A stretch of 63,986 nt of DNA, the filler included, from Collodictyon triciliatum (lineage: Eukaryota), in assembly GCA_043381765.1 (NCBI GenBank). It is 4 parts of 4 records of this genome, joined end to end, with 100 filler letters (N's around TTAATTAATTAA, not from the genome) between each part and the next. Parts side by side here need not be neighbours in the genome. Positions count along the whole stretch, not along the records: positions 32,570 to 48,741 come from JBHJMP010001577.1; positions 48,842 to 63,986 come from JBHJMP010001613.1; 2 more parts are not named here. One strand, given 5' to 3'. The position numbers and the translations under genes were made by a program. The notes under the pieces were generated by a model, which worked only from the letters and a program-made list of their open reading frames with translations, was not told where the DNA came from and made no database searches. Shown here one piece after another: positions 38,030 to 54,900 of the stretch (position 1 is the first letter of the stretch; each line of letters begins with the position of its first letter).

Positions 38030-41000
38030 ATGAGCGCAAGTCCTGTGCCTGTGTCGGCTTCGCTGCGCGCAGGCAGGCGATCGTCCCCGCCTGAGGCGCA
38101 GTCCATCTGGTCGAGCACACGCAGCCAGAAACCCTCCGCCATCGCCACGTCTGCGCTGCTTTCCGGCCGCGAGGAGACCGGCATGCCGGCCGCCCACGAG
38201 CTGCCCTCCGCAATCCTGTTTCCCTCTCCTGTCGAGCCGTCCCGTCGAGCCGAGCCGCTGCGGCCGGCGCAAAGACAGACCTTCGATGCCTTCACGCCGA
38301 CGAGAGAGCAGCCCCGGGTGCTTTCCATGGACGAGTCTCTTCGCGAGGCCCTCATCGATGGTGCGCAGTACACTCTGGACGGGAGGGCCGCGTCCATCCC
38401 AGGTGGCTCCGACAGCCCTTTGTTCGCCCTCCAGAACGTACACGACTATGATGCAGACCCTTACTACCGGCCAAAGACTCCCCCGATATCGTCTTTTGCA
38501 TCGCTCATCGGCGAGAGCAGCCGTGCAGCCCGTTCTAGCCATGAGAAGGCAGCCTCGCATCCGGTGCAAATGAGTGACATCCAAGCTGCAAGCGAGCTCA
38601 GCGAGCTGAGAAATGTGGTTGCAGAGCTAGAGGCAAAGGTAATTTCTTTCTATCTCTATTAATGCTACAATGACCAGAATGATATAATACAGTCCTTAAA
38701 CATATTTGATAACGAATTCCATAGAAAAAAAAAGGACAGAAAAAAAGTATCACTTTTATACCCATCATAAAACCTGATGCAAATTGGTGCACGCAAAACA
38801 TTCAACTACTTTCCATTATAACATAAAGTTACAATCAATAACCGCACGGAATCAGCGACTAACTAAAGAAGCTCATGAAGCAAACGCCATGCTGAGAAGA
38901 ACACAGAGTGAAAAGGATATATTTTCGTCTCTCATTGATGACACATCATCTCTTGTAATGCAAAAGTATAATTCACTCTCTTTGTCATACCCGAAAAGCA
39001 TTCCCAAGGAAGGAGATACTCCTGAGGAGTCTTATAGTCCAAAAATAGCACAATTTCGTACCCTCGTATATCATTTGCTTGGGGACATTTCTAAATTCCA
39101 TAGAGAGAACAGGTTAACACATGTGTCTAATCAACTCCACTCTTTAGATATTGGCCACCAAAATTATGAAAAATGCACTCCATTTCATTATCTCATATTT
39201 ACTTATTTTATTCTCCTTTGCATAGTTCAATTTAATTCAATTTAGTTATATTTTATTGTATTCATTGAATGGAGTAAAGAAAAAATGTTTTATTGTATAG
39301 CATTTCATCGGTTATTTTATATCTCCTCAAATCCCCGTTAAAAAAAACAGGGTGAAAAAGAATTTGTTCTTTTCCCCCAGAAACCGTAAATCTAACCATA
39401 CATGTATCACACACTATATCTATAGGAAATTTATTAGAGAGCATACTGAAGTAAGCTCTCAGCTAGAATCTCTGTCTAAAAGAGACCTTATTTCTGTTCA
39501 AATAGATTCAGAATTTGCATCTTTTAAAAGCCAACTGTCGCCATTTGATTATTCTATCCGAATAATTCAAGCCATAGATACCAAAATTCAAAAGCTTCAA
39601 CTTCAATCTAATAAGAACCGGATCGTTGATGAGAAACATTCAGAACTGAGCATGGGCATGAAGGATATAGCCTTGGGCCATAACCAATACAAAGTCGATG
39701 AGAAAGAAGAACAAATCAAACAACTTCAAAAAGAAATTGAAATCATATCCCAAGATAGGGACAAGTATTTTATGGATTCTAAACAATATCAGTTGCAAAT
39801 AGATTTATTACACCAATCTCTCATCGGCTTGAGGTCAACAAAGATTCGATACCAAAGGAATTCAACAAACACCGAGATTCAAAGTGACGAGCTTTATTAT
39901 GTAGGGGTTTTTTTTAAATGAAAAGATGAATAAAATGCAACTGAATTAAATATGAATATTCTTTGTATTGGAAATTATATCATAGTATTTATATCCTTAT
40001 TCTTTGTTTAGTTTAGTTTAGTCTTCATGTAACAATAACAGGAAAAAAATCTTGCAGGATAAAGATAGAGCGGAGCATGAAAGAATAAGTTTGAAGGAAA
40101 CTCTCATAGTTGCCATAACAAAATTGAGTGGTTCCTTAGCTGGCTTAGCTCCTACTATTGATTACTCAGATGATAAGTCATCTGAATCTATTGTTGATAA
40201 GTTTCATTCTCTTGTAGATGAAATATTTTCACAGGTTTTGATGTCATATTCTTCTTTTTTTTTTTTTTATTCAGAATCATAATTGCAACACTCGCACAAA
40301 ATATGAAAAAAAAATGGTTGCTTCTTTATTTTTTATATTTCATAATGCAAATAAATAGAGTCCTTGTACGATTTATCTTTAAAAAACAAAACGTTCTTTC
40401 TTTTTTAATTGGACTTTATGATTCTTCAACGATAGATGCAGAAACTTCGTCATGAAAATCACTTGATGCAGGCTACTCTTGGGCAAATGGAGTCATTTAA
40501 AGAAGAAGCACATACAGAACTGACACAAAGAGCCCGGGCTATTGATGAAGGAAAGCGATTGCATAGTATGGAACTATATAAGATGAAAGAGATAAAACTA
40601 CAACTGGAAAGTGAATTGGACAAAGTCCGAGCAGAGTTACATGAATCTTTAGGAAACATAGAAAGTATGTCAAAAGCCATTATGTTTGCAACTCGCTCCA
40701 TGAAAGAAAATTTGTCACCAAACGAGCTTCACCAGTCTACCAAATCCATATCCTCATTTACATCAGCAACTTCTGGAGTTGAACCTCGCGTTTATCCTAG
40801 AAAAATCCTTTGTGTTTTTGAGACGGTTTTTTCGTCTTTCTTACTGAAATTTTCATCAGAATCAACAAGGTCTAAAGATAAAGACTCACAAATTGGAGAA
40901 CTTCGAAATACAAATGATAGATTAAGACAGGATTATCAAGAGTTAATGCTGTTTAATACAAAACTGCAGAGACAAATAAAAGAAGCCAGACATTCCTACA

Positions 41001-44000
41001 CAACCCAAGCTGATGAAACTAGTGACCTTTTAGAGGATGTTAAGACATTAGAAGAAGAAAAAGCAAATCTTCAAAACGAAATTGAAAGAGCGAAAAAATT
41101 ATACGAAAAAATGTCTGCTGAATACGACCAATCTGAAAAGCTCAACACATCTATATCAAACCAATTACTGTCGCTATGCCAAATGTTTGAACTTGATGTC
41201 TTTGGGTCTGAGGTAGCGAAATTATGATTTATTTTTTAAATAAAAGAATTTCTCTATGCTCAAGCTGGTTTTTAAATGAAAGAAAAATAATCGAACTAAT
41301 ACACTTTCTTATCTAGAGGAAATCATTCAACATGGAATATGATAAAGTAAGCCACATATTGGACATCTTGTCATCACATTTAGAAGAGTACAGAAACACA
41401 TATTTCAGATTGTGGCAGGAAAATGATAATTTAAAAGTAGAAAAAGATTATTGCAAACAACAGGGACTGAAATATCAGGCCATATTGACTGAATCCTTAC
41501 GATTACTACACCCGTTTGTTCATGAATCAAGCTATGACCTCGATTATCACCAAAGTGAAGTGGATTATGCATCCTTACCTAGCACAATAACTTCCTTAAT
41601 CGGTACATGGCAGGCACATTCAAACGAAAGTCACTCTTTAAAAATACAAAATCAGCTTATTCTTCAACAGTATCAGGCATTAAAAAAATATATTGAAACT
41701 GAAATGGCAGAGTCCCAGTCATCTCTCACAAAAATCAAGCAAGTTTTATCGTTGGAGCAATTAGAAGCAAAAGAGCTCACTGAAAAAGCACAACAGATAC
41801 AAGATGACCTCCAAAAGAGTAAATCGAAACGTGATTACTACATGAGCATGCTTATATCGATAGTTTCAACATTATTTCAGAAAATAAGCTTTCATGAAAT
41901 TACGGATGAATTCGAGCATAGTGCTCAATTTGCTATCGATGCTGATACTCTGGAAAAAAGTGAAGTCATCTTCAAATGGGTTGATGATTCGATGGATTAC
42001 ATAGACCGATTGAGGGATTCCATCACCGAAGTACAGTCAAGGTTAGTGATTTCAGAGGTTCGCTCAGGCGAATTACAATCTAATCTCCACCAGCTGCGTC
42101 GAGACTTGGATATGATAAACAACCAAAACCAGATATACCAAAATGAAAATAGACATCTCATGGAATGTTTGAATACTAGCGACATGAAAATAGAGTCCCT
42201 TTCTAGGCAATTAGTAGGTTTGCACTCTGAACAAACAGAAATGAGGCAATGGATGGAGGACTCTCGAAAATTCATAGATGAAATGAATGTTTTAATAGAA
42301 ACATCCAATCAAGTAATGCAAGCAGAAGTCTCATCCAACTTACTGATGATAGAGTCTGTCGGACTAGGTACCATCGATCAACAGCAGACTGTATCCTCTT
42401 ACATGGTCACAGAGATAGATGAATCATCTGTGAATGTACATATGAGGACTCGTGTTTCAGAGAATATTCAAAAGCTGATTCAGTCCACGAAATCGCTCAG
42501 GGAAATTATTCATAGATATAAGGCCACTGAAGAGAACTACAAACTAGACCTGTCCAAGGCTAAAGTTCAGATTGAGGCAAACCAGCATCAGCTCGGTATT
42601 CTGGAAGACGAAGTAAGGAAGGCTAATCAACTTGTTACTCAAAAGCAGCAGAAGATGGACGAAATAATCATGGAATCAAGCGTGTCGCAATCCAACTTGA
42701 GGTGATTTTTTTTTTTAAGAAATAATAACACTTTGTTTGGTTTTTTTTTAACACAAAATCAATTTCCATTTAATTTCCGACTTACAATTTCATATATTCA
42801 CTATTTATTATGATTATTTTTTGTTATAGTTATTGTTATTGTCATTATAGTTATATATAATATATTGCTTCTTTTCTCATCTTTTCCACTTTATTAAGTC
42901 GGGTAGAATTTGAGCATAGCGCCAAGATATGGATTGATCATTTATTTTTTTGAAAAAAAAATTAAAATAAAAAAAAAACAGGAAGGACCTCGCTCAACTG
43001 AGCAGCGCATTACAGGAAAAAGAAATGCTTCTAAAAGAGGATACATTAAATCTTCGAAAACAATTATCTGTGAAAGAGGCTACGATGTCAGAACAAATCA
43101 ATACGATTGAAAAAATCACGGAGCAGAATCGTTTGCTAATCCGATATCACACAAAGACTTCCTCGATATTATCATCCAGTATCCAACATATCCATGATAT
43201 TTACAAATCTTTAAACATACCATCAGGGAATTCATTCTCTCGAAGAAGATTCGTCAAACTAGGAACTCTTAGAGACGGAGATATAAGCCAAACAGATGAT
43301 GAAGATTTGATATCTGATTACGAAAAAGCGTGGGATGATTTCACGAGAACTTTTAGAGCAGCTTACGCTTTGCAGCAAAAATCCAGCGATAAATATCATC
43401 TTGCAGAGTCCGATGCACATAACCACTATGAAAAATTAAAAATACAAGACCAAGAAATAGAGAGTCTTCGTTTCAAACTCGAAGAAGCAAATGACAGAAA
43501 TCGTGAGTTTGTCAAAGAACGCCATATTTTATTAGATAAGCTATCTTATATGGATGAAGAGAAAAGGGTGATGAAAGAGCAATTACACAAAACTCAGGAA
43601 GAAGCCAAAGCAATTATTGCTCGATTAGAGGAAAGCGAGGAATTGCATCTAGAGAATGAGAGGCTTTCAAAATGCTGTATTGAAGCTCAAGAGAACATAT
43701 CATCATTGAAAGAACAAATGAGCAAATATGACGAACAAACAGAGCTCTTGACACGTTCATTGCGGCATGAAAAAGTTAAGAAAAGCTCAATAGTAAAAAT
43801 TCTTGAGACAACATTACAGCACTTACGTCAATCAAACTTGTCAGTTGGGAACATCATGAATGACTTATCATCCACAGGAACACCTGTTGATCGGCCTCTA
43901 GATAGCTTTATATCATTCTCTGCCAATCCAAGTGCCAATCTGAGTTCCAATGCGTCGCAGGGTCACAAAACAATATCCAAATTTGAAGAGGAGTCAATAT

Positions 44001-44311
44001 CTTTGAAAAAGGAGTTTGAACTGCAACTAGAGAGGCTTCAGCTTTTATTGCTACAGCTGAAAGAGGCGAATGAATACTTGCAGAAGTGTTGTAGGCAATA
44101 TCAAAAAGAAGCAGAGAAGAAAGATAAGGACATCTCAAATCTTGGAGCTCAGATACAATCTACCAGGAAAGAAGCCCAAGCACTGCGGTCAGAGTACGAT
44201 GTCCTAAAGAAGAGACACACGTCCCAATTGCAACAAAACCTCTCACAACATGAAGCTAAATTAAAAACTGTAGAGGGAGAGCTCAGAACCGCTGTCGGGT
44301 TTCTAAAATAA
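38030..44311 (+). CDS. Large coiled-coil protein (>1400 aa) with Pro/Ser-rich N-terminus
   Basis: Series of spliceable exons, two of them 1.3-1.4 kb, rich in E/K/Q/L heptads; no family recognised. May be continuous with the PDE; 3' end uncertain. Confidence 0.8.
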
Positions 44312-44391
44312 ATCTATAATTTCTTATTCAATAATAAAGATGACAAGAATGATGAACGGATTTATTGAACTTGGATGGTGTGTGTGTGTGT

Positions 44392-44484
44392 GTTTGTTTG
44401 TTTGTTTGTTTGTTTGTTTGTTTGTTTGTTTGTTTGTTTGTTTGTTTGTTTGTTTGTTTGTTTGTTTGTTTGTTTGTTTGTTTG
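44392..44484. repeat. (GTTT)n microsatellite preceded by (GT)n
   Basis: Directly visible. Confidence 0.95.
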
Positions 44485-45065
44485 TAAAACAGTTTACGGA
44501 TGCATAAAAGAGAGAAGAAAAAAAAAAAACAAAGTTCATACAACATAGAGCTCCAAGGATTGGTGGGTATGATTCCCTGTTGGTGGACGTAAAATCACAA
44601 TGAGGGAGCCTACCTCTTTTCTTGTTCCTTTTATTTCTTTTTCCTCTTGTCCAAGTACAGGGAAGCGACGACATGAAAAAGAAAAAGAAAAAGGAAATGC
44701 ATACCTAAACCTTTGCTCGGCTTCAAGGTTCTGAGGATTGTGTTTCCTTGCAAGTATGGTGCACCCTCATCACCACCCTGGCTCATCTCAAAGCGCAAGC
44801 CGCAATGACACCCCAAAATCTGGTTGGCGCCGGTGACAGCACAAAGCCCGAAAGGGCAATCACAAAGGCCATACACGCGGGCGTTGTCCAATCTGGGGCT
44901 TGAATGAAGACTCTACAAACGTGCGCCTGGCGCTGCCAAAGGGGCTGTCGCTTTCTGCTTGGGCGCCGAGTAGCAACGAAGCAAAAAGCCGCCGTGCCCA
45001 AACACGACAGGAGCAGCCGACTGACAGGTGGCTGATCTACTTAGGCGTTGTGCGCAGAGCCTGCA

Positions 45066-48609
<3,544 letters not shown>

Positions 48610-48651
48610 GTAACTTTAAAATCATGATAATACGTGGTGTTTATTTATTTA

Positions 48652-48739
48652 TTTGTTTGTTTGTTTGTTTGTTTGTTTGTTTGTTTGTTTGTTTGTTTGT
48701 TTGTTTGTTTGTTTGTTTGTTTGTTTGTTTGTTTGTTTG
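48652..48739. repeat. (GTTT)n microsatellite at scaffold end
   Basis: Directly visible. Confidence 0.95.
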
Positions 48740-48741
48740 AT

Positions 48742-48841
48742 NNNNNNNNNNNNNNNNNNNNNNNNNNNNNNNNNNNNNNNNNNNNTTAATTAATTAANNN
48801 NNNNNNNNNNNNNNNNNNNNNNNNNNNNNNNNNNNNNNNNN
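48742..48841. other. Artificial scaffold linker N44-TTAATTAATTAA-N44
   Basis: Identical 100-bp linker. Confidence 0.97.
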
Positions 48842-48992
48842 TTTTTTTTTTTTTTTTCCTTTTTTTTTTTTTTTTTACGACCAACAGGAAATCAGTTTCC
48901 ATTCTGGCTTTAGATGATGATTCTTATATGTCGCATCGATTTTTTTTTTTTTTGCATTTGCCACAACACTTAACTCCTCGCACAACTGCTAG

Positions 48993-51900
48993 GCCCTTCT
49001 CGAATGGGTCAATTACAACCTCGATAAAATGGGGATAAAATCGAAGAATCTGCGTCAGGACATGAATGACGGATTTTTTCTCATTCTGTTGGTGAATATT
49101 ACCACCGGAGACAGTGTAGAAGCCTATCATACCCGCATATCCTTGTATGTTTGACAATTTTAAAATAAAGTCATTTTTTATACGTTCACTTTCAAAGAAA
49201 AATTCTTTTTCAAACTACCAAAAACAAATCTAATCAACAATTAGTGATCAACCTATCGAGGATGATGTCATTGTGAAAGAGAATCAATTAATCATGCGTC
49301 GATGGATAGCCACAAGACTCAAAGCAGATCACGAGGGCTCTCTGGAATTCATAAATCCGGACTTTAAAGGTGACAAGATATTTCATCTTATTCCCTATTT
49401 ATTATTGGCTCTTTCTATTACTTTCATTTAGTTTGATATAATACGTGTTGTAGTGTAACTTAAACGGATATAATTCCTATTAAAAACTTTTATTTTGCGC
49501 AGAAATTGTAAGGCTTACTCTATGGCACCTAGTTCATGCATCTATAGGATTAGATGAAGGAATTGAGGTACTGAATTCAATATCTCCCTGCACCATATAC
49601 GCCTCATTTATCTAATTAAAATAATCACAGAGAAATATACCTGAAATGTATGCAAGAGCCAAGCAAATCTTCTCTCGAACCAAAGTTCCATTTCCTTTCC
49701 AAGGTTTGATATAAATTCGATTCGAACCAAATTATTAAAAACTTGCTTCCTCTTTTTCTTTTTTTTTCATTTGGTATATAATTTTTTTTTTAAAAAAAAA
49801 GTAAATTCAAACTGCGATACTCTTTATTTTTTTAGGTCTGGGATTGGAAGATAAAGGGGATGTCATATTTATTAGAGCAAGCATTCTACTAGACAAAGTT
49901 TTTATTTATTTGCCATCTCGTTTTTTTTTATATAAAAAAAAGAATAATTAAAGCCAACATATGCCTCTAGAGCTAATTACAACATCTCCCTGATATCCAA
50001 ATTAGATATGCCCCTCAAATCATGACCAGAAATTGAAAAAGTGGCTTCCTCCTCCACAAAAATACACGACATCGAAGACGCTTGATCTGGATATATTCAA
50101 CGAGCGTGTAATCCGTGTCTTCTTTTCATCTGATGTCGATTTTGGTAGAATGAGAAAGAAATTCTTCGAACATGGCGGTAAAAAGTAAGTGATTATAAGC
50201 TGGTCTAAATGTCTAGCTGATCTATCTGCTGTATTATATTACCTAGTTTAATTTATGCCTTCCTTTATAAAGTATATACTGTAAAGATTGCAGGAATATG
50301 TGTCTTCGATTGGATTTGAATTGGTTTTCATCGACCTTCGTTGTGGGGTAAATTCAGGAGACAGCAAGGAAGGATGGGTAACCTCCTCCCTCAAAATAAA
50401 AAAAAAACATGCAAAATTTGTCTTCATATTGTCCAATAACAGTTCTTAATTTTCTGATAATTTTTTCAAGGCCATTATCCACAGTCTCGAATGCATAAAA
50501 AAATGTGCATACTTTGTGTGTGCTCTTGGAACTCACTACGGATGGACGCCTGACCAAAACAAATTAGAAACCAACGTAAAGGAACGATTTGAAGAACTGG
50601 CAAATCAAAACCCTGATGCTCGAATTGAAGATGTCCAAATCGAATGGAGATCATCAGCCAGCTTTTTGTTTCCCTTTATAGATTCAATGCCCGGTCTCAG
50701 TGTCACAGAATACGAGGTTAACCATTGATTTTCTATTTTTTCAATGTATTTTTATCGTTGTCACATTCTAATTAAGGAAATCAAAAGAAAGTATTTCTGA
50801 TGTTAAGCCATTTTAAATAACTATAAGGTTCAATATGCTGCACTTTTGGAAACCCCTAAGTGTAGTCGTGTCTTTTTCTACTTTTTGGATGCCGAATCAC
50901 CTACTCTTGCAGTCTCTGAAGACAGCAACCATATATCTGAAAAGGATATGCAATCGGTGGCCAACTCATCCTCTTATTTAAGAGCTATTAAAATATACAA
51001 TAAATCATTTTAATTTCTTTATTTGGTGAGTAACAAGTCTACACATATAGATAAATAAGCAAGAAACATTAAAAGGGAAGGTGATTGAGAAATATGGGCA
51101 TTTCTCTATCAAGAATGAGCAAGATTTTTTGGATTTAGTCCAGTCTCAACTACAGCATGCAATCAAACTAGATTTTTCGTGCACAGAGGTAAAAATTTCA
51201 ATCTGAGTAATATTCGGAGGTATCCCTTAATAAACTATTGAAAAAAAAGGTTGGAGATGCAGAAGATAGAGGACATGAGCAATTTAAGCTATTTCACTTA
51301 AATCGAGTCTTTAATCAGAGAGGAATTTTGAAAACCATTCATACTCAGGTAAAGCTATTTTCTTTTCTTTTTATTTAAAAAGAGAGAGAAAATTGGAATA
51401 ACTATTCACGCCATTCCATTAACAATGAACTGTGAAAGATATTGGAAAACATCTTGGAAGAAAATAGCAGACCTATTATCCTGTCTGGAGAATCAGGAAT
51501 AGGAAAGTCATCCATGATGTCAGTCATAGTTCAGAATCTAGAGGGATTAAATGATTCAAACCTCTCTATATTCTATCACTTTGTGGGGTGCACACACAGA
51601 AGCTATTTCGTGGAGAGGTAAATTTTCTGTTCACATATTTGCTTAACACAGCATTTTCTAGTCTCTCTTTCAACTCATGAAATATATTATATTTACATAA
51701 TTGTATTTATTATTCAAATATCTCAACAGTATTGTACTGCGCTTCTGGGAACTACTTACATCATCCAGAGGCGAATCATTTGATGATGATGGAAATGAGA
51801 GTAATTTTGAATACACTATTTGTATTATCGCTATCACCATTTTTTCACGGGTATCTAGTTTTTTTTCCTTTATTCGATTCAAAGATTCACGGGTATCTAG

Positions 51901-54900
51901 TTTGAATTGTACTTACTTATCAACATTTAAGATACGAAAGCGATGGGTCTATTCGATTTATTTAATCATGCTAAGCATAATAAAAGGTATAGCGTCTTAT
52001 CAAACTCTTTTACTTTGTTTTACAATTCATAATTCTAATATGATCTTTAATACCATAGCAGGGATGAGCGCTTCGTCTTTGTAATCGATGGTGTCAATCA
52101 ATTAAAGCCATCTATTGGAAATGCATATCCCCATCTTCTCCATTGGTTACCCAAAACAATTCCAAAGAGCATATGTTTGATCGTTTCTGGAGAGACTGGC
52201 CTCATACCTCAAGAAGTACACTCTAATACAAAGTTCAAATATTGTAAAAAGAATATTATTTCTTTTCTCTTTTTCTAAATTCTGTTTCATATATATCAAA
52301 ATACTATGTGACCACGTATACCTTATTGTTGCTAGACTCTATCAGAATTTTGTGCATACGAAGCAAATGCGATGATTGCAGACGAAATAGAAGAAGCAAT
52401 ACAGTCCATTTCTTACCAATTTGAAAAAAAACTAAGCTCCCAACAGGTTGCTATGATAACGGAGCTATATGATCGAACAGGTACTTTCTTTTCCTTTGTC
52501 CTACCTTCTAGCTAATATTTGAGTATTTAATCCTTCACAAAAAAAAAAAGAAGTTCAATTCAATCTATCAAGCACATGCCCTCACTTTATGAAATCTAAT
52601 TAAATCTTTATATTCATTTTTAGAAGATCAATAATTATTTTGTAACGATACTGACCATAATTGCTTAATATTGATAGGTCATCCCTTCTATCTGCGCACT
52701 CTTTTGGATGAGTTCCTTAGTTCTGGAATGTCCGATAGTTTGGGCTGTGACCTCGGTGCCCTTTTACGCTCAGAAAATGGAGAAATTCTGAGCTTTGCCA
52801 TAATAAAGAACTTAGAATCACGATATAATCAAAATGGTAACTTTCCATATTTTTAAAGAACAAACGAGTAACTGATTGCATCAACAAATCCTTTAGTCAC
52901 GTGCTTTTGAATGCTCGATTTTTCATTTTATTGAGTAACTCAAAAGGATCTTCGATGGTTGATTCGTGTATGTTGGGTCTACTTGTCTCTAGAATCGGTC
53001 TCACAGAAGATGGATTGGAAAAATATACCGAATATGTTATGAGTGCATGTATTGACGTATCTTTGTGGTATGTTTTTTTTAAAAAAATTTGAGTCCACAT
53101 TTATCGATAATATATCCATGTCATCATTCCTCTTTGTTACAAACAATTAATGGGAATTAAAATAAAATAAAAACAGGACCTCGTTCTTTTTCAGACTAAA
53201 GAACTTTCTTTTTGTTAGAAACGGCAGGCATGTCTCATACTTTTGAGTTACAAATACCTCAGAAATTTAACCATAATTAATAAATATTCCACATCTGACA
53301 TACTAAACATAACGTATTAGATACGTTTATTCGCACCCACACTTCGCTGACGCTGTCAGCAAGTACTTTTTTCAAGACCGTCTAGCTAAGATTAAAGTAC
53401 ATAAGGAGTTTGGAACTTGGTTGTTAAGTCAATACTACTATTCCCCTGCTGCGGATGAAGACATCATAGGAGAAATATGCCATCAGCTTTTTGAAGGAGA
53501 AAACTATGACTTACTTGTGCAATACTTAAGCGAAGACCATGTATTATATACCAACCTACTGATTTCCGAAAGTTCGAATTGAATGCTATAATGTAGTCGA
53601 GCGTAAAGTCAACTCATAATGATCTTCAAATTAGGTTGTTATTGCGATGCTGAGAGGAATTTATCGCACAGAGTTTTTCTACTATTGGAAGATTATGAAC
53701 AGTAAAAGAGTGGCAAATCACTTAGAAGTCTATGAAAGAAAAATACAGGTAAGTGTCATTCTTGAAGCAATGTCGCACCAATTTTTTTTATTCATTTGCT
53801 TTATTATATTTATGTCATATTTTACGAAACCAATTAGAAATCAAATGAAGTTGGAGATGTTCTCTCGGAATATTTTCTAGAATGCTACGAATTAGAATTT
53901 GTTTTGCATGGAGTCACCCAACGTGTTTCAACCAAAAAAAGTGAAGGTGAGATTATCTTAGTAGTTACTTGTGCTAATATTAAATTATTTCCTTTTTGTT
54001 GTTGTTAGAAAACTCTTTAAAATTGAATAACCCACAGAATCAAAATTAAGAGACTACTACACCCTTGGAATTGCATCCAAAGGCATTCATAAGTAACCAA
54101 ACACAAGCTTTTCTGAACAAATAAGAAATAGAAAAAGTGCTTTAGAAAAGATAAATAATTTAGAATAAGACAGGATGAAAATAATGCAACTGATTTTCAT
54201 TTATCTTAAGGTGGGAGGAAGCCATTTACTATTTCAAAAGATGTCTCAAGATACAGGATGAATTCGGACAAACAAGTGACCAGTTGGCCACCTGTCCTCA
54301 CAAAGAATTGGGAGATATTTACAAATACCAAGGGAGGTAAATAGTGATTTATAGCAAAAACATCTACTGGTAGTATAGCAAAACTAATACCTTTAATAAT
54401 TTATCGAATAAAGGGAAAAAATAATCTTAAAAAAAATTAAGGTTCGAGCTAGCCAAAGAGGAATACAATAAAAGTTTACTATTGGCATCAAGTAAATCTG
54501 AGCAAGCAGACATTTGCGTAGCTGAAATCTATGACTGTTTCGGCGATATGCACTTACTCAGCGAGAGGTTTTTCAATCATCTATCATTTGTAAAAATTAC
54601 ATGTCATAATCATTTAACATTTATCTTTTTATTTTAAAAAAATATTTGTTACTAAATTGGCTGTTTATTTTTATTTTTATTTTTGTACAATAATACCCTC
54701 TCCGAACTGTAGCATAGTCTTAGTATCTATTTTTAATTACAACTAAGAAAATTTCCAAAATTTTAGTAGCAAGCTGGCCATGTCTGAGTACGAAAAGTCT
54801 CTGAAAATCCGTACCAATATACTTGGCTATGTGCATCCTCTGCTTGCGACTTCCTATATCAGAATGGGACGTGCTCAAATGGCTGATAGGAAGTTTGAAC

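Noticed and set aside
49137-49260. ATATCCTT as an AT-AC U12 donor in the CH exon
   Set aside because: No in-frame AC acceptor found; the GT-AG alternative a few nt downstream keeps the frame.
51844-51903. 18-bp duplication TTCACGGGTATCTAGTTT (offset 42) resembling tandem in-frame donors
   Set aside because: Phase analysis puts the working donor at 51801 (phase 1); both copies lie inside the intron in the wrong phase.
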